Positions 1 through 13,517 of a DNA stretch of 64,000 nt are shown here, in pieces. Numbering within the stretch: the first letter of the stretch is position 1; each line of letters opens with the position of its first letter. The stretch is from Dendrobates tinctorius (taxonomy: Eukaryota): the NCBI RefSeq assembly GCF_039654945.1, contig NW_027361812.1:15934001-15998000 (forward strand). The letters are read 5' to 3'. Below the pieces are notes generated by a model. It was not told the DNA's origin and did no database searches. It worked only from the letters and a program-made list of their open reading frames with translations. The translations under genes and the position numbers were made by a program.

Positions 1-64
1 GGATGGATAGATAGATAGATGAAAGATACATAAATCCTTATACAATTCTATTCAAATTCACATA

Positions 65-197
65 NNNNNNNNNNNNNNNNNNNNNNNNNNNNNNNNNNNN
101 NNNNNNNNNNNNNNNNNNNNNNNNNNNNNNNNNNNNNNNNNNNNNNNNNNNNNNNNNNNNNNNNNNNNNNNNNNNNNNNNNNNNNNNNNNNNNNNNN
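65..197. other. assembly gap
   Basis: N run. Confidence 0.99.
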
Positions 198-1384
198 AAA
201 AGCAGCACAGGCTCACAATCCTGAGCCGAAACGTCGCCATTTTGGGCAATTAAATAGCCACATTTTTTCACCCTGAACTGGTGTGTCGCCTTCGTTTTTT
301 GTCTGTATGTACAGTAAATAGTATAATAATATATGTATGTATGTATATATATATATTTTTTTTTCCATATATTTATTTATATATATTTTTCGGGGTTCCC
401 AAGATAGAAAGGCTAACGTGACAATTTATAAAGGGTGCACTAATATTTTGCACCATAACACATGGGGACATTTGGGGAAGGAAAGGGCACTCAGTGTTTT
501 CCTTGGGAAAATCAGGCCAATAAATGTTTAAAGTAAATTGGCAACCTTTGGCAGCAGGTTAGTTTAGCATTTTCTCGGTCATGACCCCATCCTGGGACAA
601 TAGGGTTATTCAGTGGGGTCTTCTAGCCTCGCCCTAGCAGACACTCTGGTCTCAGCTATTGTTCATGAGCAGCAGGTATTGGGTCATGCTAGTATATGGG
701 TAGTGGAGTATGTGAAAGCTAGCTTTCCTTCTACACTGGGATTACATTAATGTTTACGTACAGCAAATTTACATATGTGGGATCATAATGATAGATGTGA
801 CTTGCTTCAAAGCTCAAAGCAGTTCTAATTTGAAGCTGATATCATGGGTAAGATGAAAAATAAAAATTCCCATAAAGTGGTTGTCACACAATATAACATA
901 AGCCATAGAACGGAAACATATTATAACCTAGGAGGCAGCAGGCTATCAAAGATTAGATGGAAAAGGTTAGAATAAAGGTACACTTGCTGGTTCAGGTTTA
1001 GTTAATAAGAAAAATGACCCTTCAGTGGTAAAACTAGAAATCACAACAGATTGGATGGTAAATATTCATTTAGTCACATAAGTAAACAGAATCTTGGACT
1101 CTTGTACACAATGGTGTTTTTGCTGCACATTTTAAAACCAAACAGACAAGCAAACAAAAAAAAACAACTGAGAGTTTTTTTTAGCAACTAAAATTCTAGA
1201 CATCCTTCAGCATGTTAGAATTGGAAGCCTTGACAGAGCAAGTGTGTATTTTTTATGCATTTATTTTGTAAGCTAACAGTATTTATTATGGGCTACACCC
1301 TGGCCATTATATATGGAGGTCCCCTTCAAGTAGGGCTGATTCACACCAAACACCCTCCATCATTTTTTTTGCAGAAAACCATAA

Positions 1385-1764
1385 GGGTGTGTGCACACGC
1401 TACGGATTCTGCTGCGGTTCCGCAGCGGATTTGGCCGCTGCGGGTCTGCAGCAGTTTGTGCTGCGGTGTACAGTACCATTATTCCCTATGGGAATAAAAA
1501 AACGCAGTGTAGACGGTGCAGATTTTTCCGCGCGGTTTTCCTGCGGTTTTGAAACCACAGAAAGAATTGACATGTCAATTCTTTCTGCGGATTCCGCAGC
1601 GGTTTCCTATCTCCACCATTGTGGAGATGGTGAAACCGCAGGGCCAAACCGCAGGATAATCCGCAGATAAACCGCAGGTCTTTTGACCTCCGGATTTACC
1701 TGCGGATTTTACAAAATCCGAGTGGCCAAATCCGCACCCCGTTCCGCAGCGTGTGCACGTAGTC
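1385..1764. mobile_element. PIF/Harbinger-type MITE
   Basis: Imperfect TIRs GGGTGTGTGCACACG / CGTGTGCACGTAGTC, TAA on both sides, internal CCGCAG/CTGCGG motifs. Confidence 0.8.
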
Positions 1765-3912
1765 TAACAGGGAAGAAGGCCACCAAGTACAGCGTGGCAG
1801 TTTTCCTATGTGCGCACTGCTAGGAAATATCATACAGGGTAGGCTACTTCTTCAGACTAAAGGGTCCCATGCAAAATAAAGAGCTGTTGGCCAAATGTTT
1901 GGGGGAAACTATCTCTCCCAGCTCCTCCATACACAGGAGCGCTCGTTCTGCCAAGTACTCCTGTGTTCTCCAAAAGATAGCCAAGAACAAATGGATCATC
2001 AGGGCAAAATTGGACGTGCTGAACCATTATCTTCCTTGACATCATCTCGACAGTGGAGAGTTGGTAGGCCCCCAAATGCATTATACTATATAAGCCCACT
2101 GATACTGGCGGGTTTGTCTGGCTTTAGTCTAATGTGTATTGAGGCCTTAATAGTCCATTTAGTTAACCTTTTAATTGCTCAATCCTGACTATAGGCCCGA
2201 CTAACCAGGCCAGAAATCAAACTGCGAAGGAGCAAAATGTTATAAGCAGCATATCGCCCCGTGTACACACCAGATATGCTGCCAATAGCAGGAACTCTAT
2301 GCGCACACAATGATTGCAGCCGTGATCCTGAATGTTCATCAGTCTGTCTAAACCGGCCTGTTAACGACCAACGATCAGCTTGTATAGTGCTGGTCGGCAG
2401 GCATTTAACTGCCTGACTCAAAGTGTCTAAAAGAGCCAAAAGGCTATGTTCCCATCTGCATTATTACTTCTGTTTTCCTGTTCTGTAATAATAATGATAG
2501 AAAAGTGATGGCTCATCTATCACACGATGAACCCCCAATGGCACCTGAAGGGTCCTGTAATTTTTTCCAGCATCTTACACAGAAGCTGGATTTGAGGCTC
2601 CTAATGAAGCTTGTAGTACAAATATGAATACAGCCTAAGGGTACATACCCATATGCGAGAAAAAAAAACCGTCCGATTTCAGCTGAGACAAAAAAATCGC
2701 AGATGAGATGTAACCCATTGAATAACATTGGCCCAAGTGCAATCTGATTTTTTATTTCCGTATTTCTCGCAAATGAGTATGCACCCTAAGGGCGATGTGC
2801 AGAGTTAAACGACCGCCGACCAGCATCATGCTTGCTTTCCGGTCAGCAGTTGTTTAATAGCTTGCTTTCATAGGGCGACCTAGGTTTATATGCGCGCTGA
2901 ACGATCTGTAATACCCCTCTGTGCTTATAGGGTGCCATTGTTCTTGGCAATGTGAGTCCTGTTGAAACAGGATGATATGCTGCCGAGACAGAAGATCATT
3001 TGGGCAGCATAAAAGATAATATCATCTGATGTTGGGTAATCAGCAGACTGTTTAGACCGCACCAATGTATGCTGGTAATGTGTGCCATAGTACGGCTGAA
3101 CCCTCAGGTTCGGGTCTCGCTTGTTTCTAGCAGAATGTTTTTTTTTAGCAATGGAATTAAATAGATTAAAAAATAGAATATATATTCCCATCAATTTGGG
3201 TCAGTTTTCCAATTGGTCACCTACTGACCTCAATGATAAAAACAAACAGGTCATGACAAATCCTGCAGGAAATAGTTCACCTACACCAGACATGAGAATC
3301 AGTTCCTACTGTCTGTAAAAAAAAGACTACCTAATGGGTCCAATGGGATATTGGCATCTGTCCTTTCCATCTGACAGGAGATTTACCATATACTACCAGA
3401 AAAAAGCAGCATGCGGTGTTCCTTCAGGGTACGTGGCCACGATCAGGAATTGTTGTGGTTTTGACGCTGCGTCCGAAGCACTGCTACTTCCTGATTGTGG
3501 GAACGGACCCTTAGGCTGTCAAGTCTAAGAGAAATCTAGTGTTAATGTTGGAAATTTTGGTAACAAGAAAGGACACAATGGGATCATTAGTGCCATCCAC
3601 CTCCTGAACTGGAAGCAAAAATGCAAGTATAAATTGAATGGGACAGTCACAGAATTTTCTGCAACAGATCCACAGCTCTTTAAAGAATGGTCATGTATCT
3701 TGAAGGCCCCTTAAAAGAGTCAAACTACAAATATTTATGTCTCAACACTGAAATTGCACATCAAGAAGGAAAAGTCATGGGATTATGGAAATCACAGGAT
3801 GGATAGATAATTTAATGATATGTAAATGAAAAAACAGAAACAACATTGTCAAAACATCTAGGTTTATTCCGTTTTGAGTATGAGTACCATGCTCAGAAAT
3901 CCTTGCACTTAC

Positions 3913-4207
3913 AGCCTTGGCTGCAATCAATGAGGTTATTAATGGTTGTCTGAGGAATGCAGTTGAGAAAATCATAAAAATCCACTTCTGGCAGCTCCCT
4001 TTGCATTTGCCGACCAATGACGTTGCTGACCAATATGATTGATAGGAGACAATTCCAGAGATGCTGCAGTAAGTTATAGCACCAAAAGGACATGCAGGGT
4101 GCTCACAGTAGTACCAGCAACGTCTTTTAAATTTTTGTTTCCATTTTTTTATCATTCTCATATCAGTAACAAAATTCTCCAACTTTTCCTTCTTGAAGTT
4201 GTAATTT
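3913..4207 (-). other. candidate host (pseudo)exon, product unknown
   Basis: Minus-strand acceptor ctcccacag, open frame of ~98 codons (NYNFKKEKLENF...RQPLITSLIAAKA), donor GTAAGT; non-repetitive sequence. Confidence 0.3.
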
Positions 4208-5382
4208 CTGTGGGAGGAGTGTATTGTTATAAAGATGAACCAAGTATAAAATAAAATAACATAAAAAAAAATAAATAAGTACAAATAGCATATAAATGAA
4301 GGTCCTTGCTGGTTATCTCTGTCCTTCAAAGTCCTTCAGTAGAAAATAGTCTATCCAACTGTTTTATTGCCCTTTGCCACAGATGTTTTGGGTCAGACAA
4401 CCTCTTGCCACCAGATCCCTGTTTATACCAGGGGAGGTTTGGGAGTTTGCACTGCATCTTTGTTCTCTTCTCATTTTTCATGATTCCTCCCTAGCCTCTG
4501 TCTTTTTGGTACATATCTGGCAGACCCGACTGCAACTTGTAATCTCACGCAACAAACAGGGGAGTCAACAAGAGCAAAATCTGATAAAATAAAAAAAAGA
4601 AAAAAAGGAAAAAATGTAATTCCTTGTTATTTCTGGTTTCGACTTTTCACCTTCCCACAGACAGTTTTATTTCAGGGCTTCTGAATGCTCCAGGACTTAG
4701 GAAACAAGGTCACATTGAGTTCTTCTTCAACTCAGCTGCATTCATTGTATTTTCTGGGATCTGAAAATGAAGATCTATGTTGTAGATGTCAATGTTGATA
4801 CTTTGTCCTGTAGAAAACCAGACTAAAGCTGAAATAACTTTCTGGGTGAAACATATTCCACTATGTTGTGTATACAGCTCTTATGCCTAGCTATATGTTT
4901 CAAGGAAAAAAAAATAAAAATCTTTGTTTGTCGTCAGATTTTGTGGTCATTAATTACTTTAATCTGCTCCCTTTTCCAATAAAGGGAAATATACATGACC
5001 TCAAGATGTTGAATTGAAAATCTAAACTGCGTGACAACCATTATTTCCACCATTATGGATCCCATAAAGATTGACAATCAGCTTTTGAGAATGAGAAATC
5101 TTCCTAGTTATGGACATAAATGGGATGCCCATACATGAACCTGGAAAAGCTGGGAGATATCCAATTGGGGGAGGTAAAGAAACCATAATAGTTAGATCAG
5201 CACAATACACATGCATGTCATATAATAATAATGCAATATTGCGAGCAGATAGAAGAGTTAAAATCAGGAATCTTTTTACTTTTTCGGAAAAGAAGCGCTC
5301 TTTAACGTTGTAATAAAAATGTAAATTCCGCTATTAGTTCAGATGATAGGCTTCTGTCACAGATGCGCGATAAATGCTCAGT

Positions 5383-5632
5383 TGTCACGCACAGTGTAGG
5401 GCAGACTAAGTGCAACACAAAGGGATAAGGAAAAGGGGGGCCCAACACTAGGGAAGCGGGGAGAGAAGACCCCTAGGCAGATCTAACGTCACCCTGCCTG
5501 CCCTAAGAGACCCTAAATAGGTTCCGCACCTATCACCGAGCAGGATACCTAGTCCCTGCCGGACCCTGGAGGTAAACCCTGCTTAGGGAAGGAAGGGGTG
5601 AACTGTCTGTAGCCTCTGACACACCCGTGACA
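5383..5632. mobile_element. short solo LTR-like element
   Basis: TGTCACG...CGTGACA termini flanked by 5-bp direct repeat TCAGT (5378-5382, 5633-5637). Confidence 0.7.
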
Positions 5633-6533
5633 TCAGTACAGCAGTATACAGAGCAATGTGGACATTTAGGGTATGTTTCCAAGGGCAGTATTGGCAGCGC
5701 TTTGGACGCAGCACATGTCCGCTCCGTCTAAAGCGCTCCCGGCTTTTGAACCTTGGTGATTCCGCATGTGTTCATTGAACCGTGCGGAATCACAGCGTCC
5801 TTTACATTGTATGGGTGACTTTATCTTGCGGAGACGGAGTGTCTCAAGATAAATAGACATGATGTGGTCAGGAAAGACGCGCCGCATGTGAGGTTACACA
5901 TGGAAGTCGAAGGCGTTCCTGCACGCATAGAGGAGATGGGATTTCATGAAATCCCCTCCACTATGCTGTAACATCGGGCCGCTGCTGATTGGACGCTGCG
6001 GCTGGACTCTTTTTGCCTCTTTATAATGCAAGACACAATATACATTAGTAAGGCAACGTTCATGTCTTTTCCGTTTTTATGTTCCATGTAAAGCAGACAA
6101 ACGGAACAGATAAAGGGAATTAACACCCAATGCATTCCTGTGTCAAACAGAAGCAGAGCGGCCCCATTGATTTATTTGGTGTCCGTTTGCTTCCCGTTTG
6201 TTGTTTGTTTTTAGAGCTGAATAAGTAGTTTTGCATGTAAGACTTTGTTTTTAATTCTAAAAATAAACAGAAAGGAAATGGACGCCAAATAGCGTAAATG
6301 AATGGGGCCGCCCCGCTTCTGTTTGAGAAAGGAACACACATGATGTTAATTCCTCATATCTCTTCAGTCTGCTCTAAATTGAACAACGTAACAGAAAAGA
6401 TAAACGGACACGTGAACATAGACGGGTATAATATGTGATGGAACAGGCAACGATAAAGTATAGGCCTGTAGTAGGCGACGGGTGCAATATTATCCATCCA
6501 AAATATAGTTACGGTATATAAATGAGATCCTTA

Positions 6534-6716
6534 GGCCACGTTCACACGTTCGGTATTTGGTCCGTATTTTACATCAGTATTTGTAAGCCAAAACCAGGAG
6601 TGGGTGATAAATACAGAAGTGGTGATGAGTTTCTATTATACTTGTTCCACTCCTGGTTTTCGCTTACAAATACTGAGGTAAAATACTGACCACATACTGA
6701 ACGTATGAATGTGACC
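6534..6716. mobile_element. Harbinger-type palindromic MITE
   Basis: TTA TSD, TIR GGCCACGTTCACAC, long inverted arms; related copy at 42676-42869. Confidence 0.8.
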
Positions 6717-6961
6717 TTATGGTTTCTCTGGGCAAAAAATATTGTCTAAAATCTTCAGTATGGCTACAAAAAATTATATATAAATAATCATCTTCCACTA
6801 GATCTTCCACTAGAGTACCTGCTCTCTCTGGTCTATGCTTCCTAGTCCTGTCCTTGACCTACCGGAAAAGTCTGGAATTTCCCACTCTGCCAACACTAGC
6901 TGCAGCAGTCACCAGCCTCAGCTAGTGATTGTATGAGCAGTCATTTCTAGATATTCCCTGA

Positions 6962-7367
6962 AGGCCCCGTCACACACAGCGATCTCGCCAGCGATATTGC
7001 TGTGTGTGAAATGTATCAGCGACCAGCCCCCCCGCCGGGTATCGCTGATCGCGCTCGAATGTCCTGGGCCGTTTTTTGATCGTTGGTCTCCCGCTGGCCA
7101 GCGCGCATCGCTGCGTGTGGCAGCGGGAGAGCAACGATCAGCGACGCTGCAAGCTGGTTTCCAATGTAAACAGCGGGTATCTAAGAGCTCCGCGGCTCTT
7201 AGATACCCGCTGTCTACCCTGGATACCAGCTTGCTCACTGGTCCTGATCGCTGGAGGGTCTGTCTATGTGACAGCTCACCAGCGATCAGCTAACTATGTC
7301 CCAGCGATCCCATCCACGTCGGATCGTTGGTGGGATCGCTGGGACATTGATGCGTGTAACAGGGCCT
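6962..7367. mobile_element. Harbinger-type MITE (AGGCCCC TIR family)
   Basis: TIRs AGGCCCCGTCACAC / GTGTAACAGGGCCT, TGA/TAA flanks, AGCGATC motifs, internal hairpin; relatives at 16292 and 24997. Confidence 0.8.
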
Positions 7368-9039
7368 TAAGAGCAGAGACCCAAATCATAAGCACAGAAC
7401 AGCAGGGACAGGGTTGGTGCCAAAAGACAACCTGCAGGGGATCGGTGCAGACAGTATTGGTCCTTCTTAGTTTTTTCCCACTCTGAGGACCTCATGACTC
7501 ATGGGGCGATGCATATCATGATGGCCAGTGAGACCAGTGAGGTGCAAAAGAAGGAAGAGAAGGCCGCAGGGAACCAGCGGAAACCTGGATCTAGTAAACT
7601 TGATAAGTGCCAGTAAAGTGCTGCATCGCATAGGATGCAATGGTTATTAAAGAACTTACATGAAATATGTAGTCGCGCTGCCCCAGCCTGCCGCCCCATT
7701 TTATATAGGTGGTTTTTGGCCATATTCATGACGGCACGAATGCACTTTAATAGGTTAACATTTTGGCTGACTACCATATATATTGTAGCACTGGTGCACT
7801 TTACTTTGATACTATAACAGGCTGATGGCCATATATATTGTACTATCGGTGCACTTTTTGTAGTACTTATCAAGTTTACTAGATTACCGCCCTGTTCATT
7901 TATTTCTTTTATTTTTTAGTGTTGTTAATTGGACTTGGTGGTATCTTGTTTCATAGGCTACACAGTATTTAAAAATCTTTTCTGCTGCATAATCATGTGA
8001 GGCATAGGATGTTACTGTTTTTCACATTTATTGCCCTATGTTATCTGCTTTAGCAGTGATGCTCTGTTGTTGATAATTGAATAAAATGTATTTTAGCCTT
8101 TAAAACTCATATTTTCCAGTGTGATTTGTTTGATTCACAGGAATTTTTTGTGTTTACATTTTGTGAAATTTGTAGAGAAGTCAAATACATTCACCTTCTC
8201 GTTGAGAGCACAGCTTTCCTGAAGACCATTACTCCTTTTTTGGGTGGTCACCCTACACTGCGCATGTGTATATATGTAAGGAAACCCCATATGTGATTTA
8301 TATTATTCTCCCTCCTTATGCACATGTAACATACCTGTCATGTTTCCTGTTATACATTAGTCGATAGCCTACACAATTTAGCACATGCTATTGATATCTG
8401 CGTTTTATGATCCCTTATACCTTACTACATAGATTTATTGTCAATCTTGACTATAAAGCACATTTTGTATTTAATCTGCACATTTTCTGCCTCCTTGGCT
8501 CTGCATGTATATTCCTCATTGTGTTCTCTCCAACCTTCATATTTTACACCCCTCCACCTCTCAGGTTATCAGTCCCAGCATTGTTTGCTCCATGTTAGAT
8601 TGCTACTCAACAAATATGGTATGCCTGAGCCAGAACATCTAATGAGAATTGATGATAGACAGCATTGATATGGGCAGAGTCAATCGAGGCACCAACACAT
8701 GAGAGACAATAGATTGGATCCTCGTTTCAGTGGGGGAGAATCATTTCTTTACAGTATTTTGAAACATTGAAAACAACCTGAAAATAAGTCAAAGAGACTG
8801 GTCATATGTGGCTGAGGGATCATCATAGATTCACAACCAAAAGGAAAATACCTGCATAGATAAGCGGCAAAAATGTAATCTTGTATGAAGCTAGCAAACT
8901 GGCAAAACAACCAAGGGTGGAATTACACAAGTATTTTTTGTGGCAGTGTTTTTGGGGGAATAAACACAGGGGTGAATGTAAAACGAGAAATATTGTGTAA
9001 ACTTTTTGTTCCTTTTGGGTCCACTTGTGTTTTTGGCTC

Positions 9040-9756
9040 AAGAAGGACTTGGGGATCCTAGTTAATGATAAACTTACCTGGAGTAGCCAGTGCCAGGCAG
9101 CGGCTGTCAAGGCAAACAGGATCATGGGGTGCATTGAAAGAGGTCTGAATACAGATGATGAGAGCATTATACTGCCTCTGTACAAATCCCTGGTTAGACC
9201 GCACATGGAGTACTGTGTACAGTTTTGGGCACCGGTGCTCAGGCAGGATATAATGGAACTAGAGAGAGTACAAAGGAGGGCAACAAAATTAATAAAGGGG
9301 ATGGGGGAACTATAATACCCAGAAAGATTAGCAAAAATAGGATTATTTAGTCTAGAAAAAAGACTATTGAGGGGCAATCTAAGAACCATGTATAAGTATA
9401 TAAGGGGACAATACAAATATCTCTCCGAGGATCTGTTTATACCAAGGAAGGTGACGGTCACAAGGGGACATTTTCTGCATCTGGAGGAGAGAAGGTTTTT
9501 CCACCAACATAGAAGAGGATTCTTTACTGTTAGGGCAGTGAGAATCTGGAGTTTCTTGCCTGAGGAGGTGGTGAGGGTGAACTCAGTCGAGGGGTTCGAG
9601 AGAGGCCTGGATGTCTTCCTGGAGCGTAACAATATTGTATCTTACAGTTATTAGGTTCTTTAGAAGGACGTAGATCTGGGGATTTATTCTGATGGAATAT
9701 AGGCTGAACTGGATGGACAAATGTCTTTTTTCGGCCTTGCTAACTATGTTACTATG
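9040..9756 (+). mobile_element. CR1 LINE 3' fragment (ORF2 C-terminus and tail)
   Basis: ORFs 9025-9315 and 9367-9654 contain [50 protein letters not shown], typical of CR1 ORF2; ends in ACTATGTTACTATG tail. Confidence 0.92.
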
Positions 9757-10382
9757 ACCACTTTTTCTGCCACACGATCACATTTGTTTATTCTGGCAGA
9801 CACTTAAAAGTTTCCACTACTTATAAAATGTTTCTAGAAATGTTGGTGGAGGCTTGGAGGTAACTGTATGGAGGGAGCCTGTTAATAGCCCAATATCCTT
9901 GGTAACTGGCCATTTTGTCCTTCCTATAAGGCTAAATTGACTTTGGTCCCAGCAAATAACGAAAGCTCGTTAGGTATCACTGCTACAATAGTGACAAAAT
10001 AAAGTAGCACTCTTTAGCGCTATAGCATGCAAACATGAAATATATGAAATTGGAATTGCATCACTGCTCTAGAAAATAGGAAAAATTGAGAATACTTAGC
10101 GCATAAATTGGCCAATTCATGTATACCCAGCAGCCGTGATAAGGCGATTCTCATTGCTGTGACCTATCCTATTTGAGATTCCTCTCATGAGCTGATAGCC
10201 TACATTTATATGGGAAGCTAGGATCCTGCTGTAATTAAAACCGCCAGAGGATGTAGAGCATTGCGACCCCTGGGGTGCTGCAAACATGAAAAGCAAGATG
10301 CAAAACATTTGACATGGTTGGATATTTTTTGCTACTTGCTTGTTGCGGTACCTTTGGGATCACAATGGGAATCTATTCACTG

Positions 10383-10683
10383 CAGGTTCCGACTGGCCCA
10401 TAGGGTAACAGGTGAATCCCCCGGTGGGCCCCTGTGCAGATATGGGCCCCCAAACCCATAATATCAGCAGTACTTGGCATAATTCACTTGACTTTATTCA
10501 TTCTGTGAAAAAAAAGCAGCATCTCATCATTCATTAGCCAAATTACCCAGTTTATTATTATATAGAGATGTACTGTAGGTAAATTTGTTAACGAGAGTTG
10601 TGTAATAATTGCATGCAGGTGAAAAGTGGGCCCTCCCAAAGTCAATGTTACTGGTGGGCCCTTGGTAACCCAGTCCGACACTG
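10383..10683. mobile_element. hAT-type MITE
   Basis: Perfect 8-bp TSD ATTCACTG; imperfect TIRs CAGGTTCCGACTGG / CCAGTCCGACACTG. Confidence 0.85.
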
Positions 10684-13019
10684 ATTCACTGTATGGTGCT
10701 GTAATACTGCAGCGACACCTAGTTTCCCCTTGTATCCTCAGCCTAATTCAGTCCTGATATTTTCATCATCGAAAATATTTCACATGATCTCTAATGTATT
10801 GAATTGTATGCCAATTTTACAACTAGTGTTTAGATGTCAAAACAATAGTGGAATAATGTTCACATGAGAGGTGAAAAACAGCAAAGTTAAATTGTATGTG
10901 CATTTTTGCAACAATTTTTTGTTTATTGGGACAAAATGGTTGCAAAAGACCTACTTTCTAAATTATTAAAAATAAAATATGTTTGATGTCTACAACTCCT
11001 ATGCAGACCTATGTGTCTCCATGGTTATTGACTATAAGGAAAGCCTGTGAAGTCTGATTCAGTAACCCATTATACTTTCCCATTGCTCCCAACCATCCTT
11101 ATTTGAGGCCTTAGTCCCTCTATCCCAACACGTCAGGGTTTTATCCCGACTTCCACTCACTTCTCTTCTCTTGACGCCAAGTCTTCTTTGCTCTGTAGCT
11201 CCTCCACTTGGGGAGCAGGGCTAGCATCTCACTGCGCACACTTACATTAACTAAATAAGCAATTCTCTTCTTTTTTTCCTCTGGTCTGCCTGGGACTTGA
11301 ATCCATGATCTCTTGAATTGCAGACTGCAGCTAAATCTATGAGCCACGGGCTGTACTGTTCAGCCAAGGAAACTTTGGTAATCTTGAGCGGTATTGCAGA
11401 CTCTGGCATCACAGGTAGATTGTACTGGTACATAGAGATACATCTGTATATAGCAGCGTATTTCTATGTCCCTGTATTCTAAGGTAGAAGAAAAACTCAG
11501 TTAAATAATGGAAACCAATCATAAAAAAGCAATTTTTTCTTGCTTTTTATGAGCCTCCTGGGAATCCACTAACAACATAATTGTAGGCAACAACCAAAGC
11601 TCTGAGCCACAGGTTCCAGTGATGTCACTGGGAGAAATTTGTATATTTGAAACTGTATTACAGGCTCTGAAGCCACAAGCAGATTATACAGGTGTGTAGG
11701 GATACATCTGTATATAGCAGTGCATTTCTATGTTTTCCTGTATTTTAGAGGTGAAGAAAAAGTCAGATTTTTTTTCTTCCTATTAAATTGCTAAAAATTA
11801 ATTAAAAATAATTACAATAATATCATACTACATTTTTTTAAATAATAAGAATCACAAATCAGTAAATAACAGACATATTTGGTGTCCCTGTAATTGTAAC
11901 GATCCACACAATACAGTGATCAGATTATTTATACTGATCAGTGAGTGGTGTAAAAAAATGACATAATTAATCTTAGACCATGTTCACATGTGACGTAAAT
12001 GCTGCTTTTTTCTGCTTCTTTTTTTGCATAGAAACTCAACTGTTCAAAAAAAGTGGATGGGAATTCATTAAAGTTGTGCCCCCCCCCCCCGTGCATCTAA
12101 AGACGCTGCTGAACTGTGCGATTTTGGTGCTTTTTTTTTTCTCTAGAGGCTTCTATATGGAGCCTACAAAAAATGTTGCATTTTTAAGGGCAGAATCAAA
12201 GATTTTCTGTAGTATAAAAACCACATTAAAGGGCGGCTTCACATCTGAACCAAAAATGCATGAAATAAGGGGAAGATCAATAAAAAATGCAGGAAAAATG
12301 CAACAAACACCGCCCCTCTGACACATCATCCTGCAAGGATAGAAAGAAATGGTAAATGGGCGTGGGTTGGGGGTGTAGCTAGGGTGTGGTCAAAATTTAC
12401 ATTGCACACCCCATCGTTTGTCCCTCTTTCTGCTCTGCGATTGTTGAGCGCTATGCTTTCCCTGTACTTCCATTTTAAACAGGTGTCATTCATCTGATTG
12501 ACACTAGAATTAGTAATGAAAACTGAATCCAAATAAATAAATCATGTTCTAGTCCTGGCAGCAGCTGGATCACTATCTCTGCCTTACAGAAACGTAAAGA
12601 ACCAATGACTTTGGAATGGCAACAGAAACAGTTGTTTAATGGTTCCCTAGTAATTCGTTCATCTCCTACATCAACTCATGAAGTCTGCTGCTTAATTTGC
12701 CCTTAAACTAATAATGACTATTGTGGGAAATCTAGCAATCTTTTGTTATGTGTCGTTAGGCATGTGGCTCTATGGTGCATCCAGCGATTCCCTCTATGAC
12801 ATACGGTATTTCTCTATAGATTTGTCCAACTAGTAAAAGATCTACTGGATTGTGGTGGGTCCATTAATGATCACTGAAGATTCTCGCACACTATATTTCA
12901 CAGTGTTATATGCTTAGAGACAAATCCCCAGCAAAAACTACTGTCTATTAATGTTGATGCTACGTTGGCATTATTTATCATTCATTATTTGTATAGCACA
13001 CCAACATATCTTATATTAT

Positions 13020-13250
13020 ATCTTCATTTATTACACTGATGGCTGGACCAAACACAACAGGCATGTTGTACCTTCTGTGTGTCTCCCCTATTTCCTCATA
13101 AGCTCTAAGCTTTGGAGCAGGATCCTCACTCCTCCTGGTAGGTGTTGAATTATGTGTTACTCTGTAATGTCTTTTACAAATATCCTTTGCATAGAGAGTT
13201 GCTGCAGAATATGTCAGCGCTATAGAAATAAAAATGATGATTATTATATT
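13020..13250 (+). mobile_element. L2 LINE 3' end remnant
   Basis: Resembles the L2 3' end at 26779-26950 (GCGCTATAGAAATAAA followed by ATT repeats). Confidence 0.55.
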
Positions 13251-13265
13251 TCACATTGCAGTACA

Positions 13266-13396
13266 NNNNNNNNNNNNNNNNNNNNNNNNNNNNNNNNNNN
13301 NNNNNNNNNNNNNNNNNNNNNNNNNNNNNNNNNNNNNNNNNNNNNNNNNNNNNNNNNNNNNNNNNNNNNNNNNNNNNNNNNNNNNNNNNNNNNNNN
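13266..13396. other. assembly gap
   Basis: N run. Confidence 0.99.
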
Positions 13397-13517
13397 CTAG
13401 AAAATCAGAAAAAAACAGACAGAACTCCAAAAATTAAAGTGAAAAACCATGGCTTTAATGATCCATTACCAGCAACGTTTCGGCAGATTTCTCTGCCTTT
13501 CTTTGTGCTTGAGAAAG

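Noticed and set aside
8823-9632. 269-aa minus-strand ORF
   Set aside because: Antisense shadow of the CR1 ORF2 fragment
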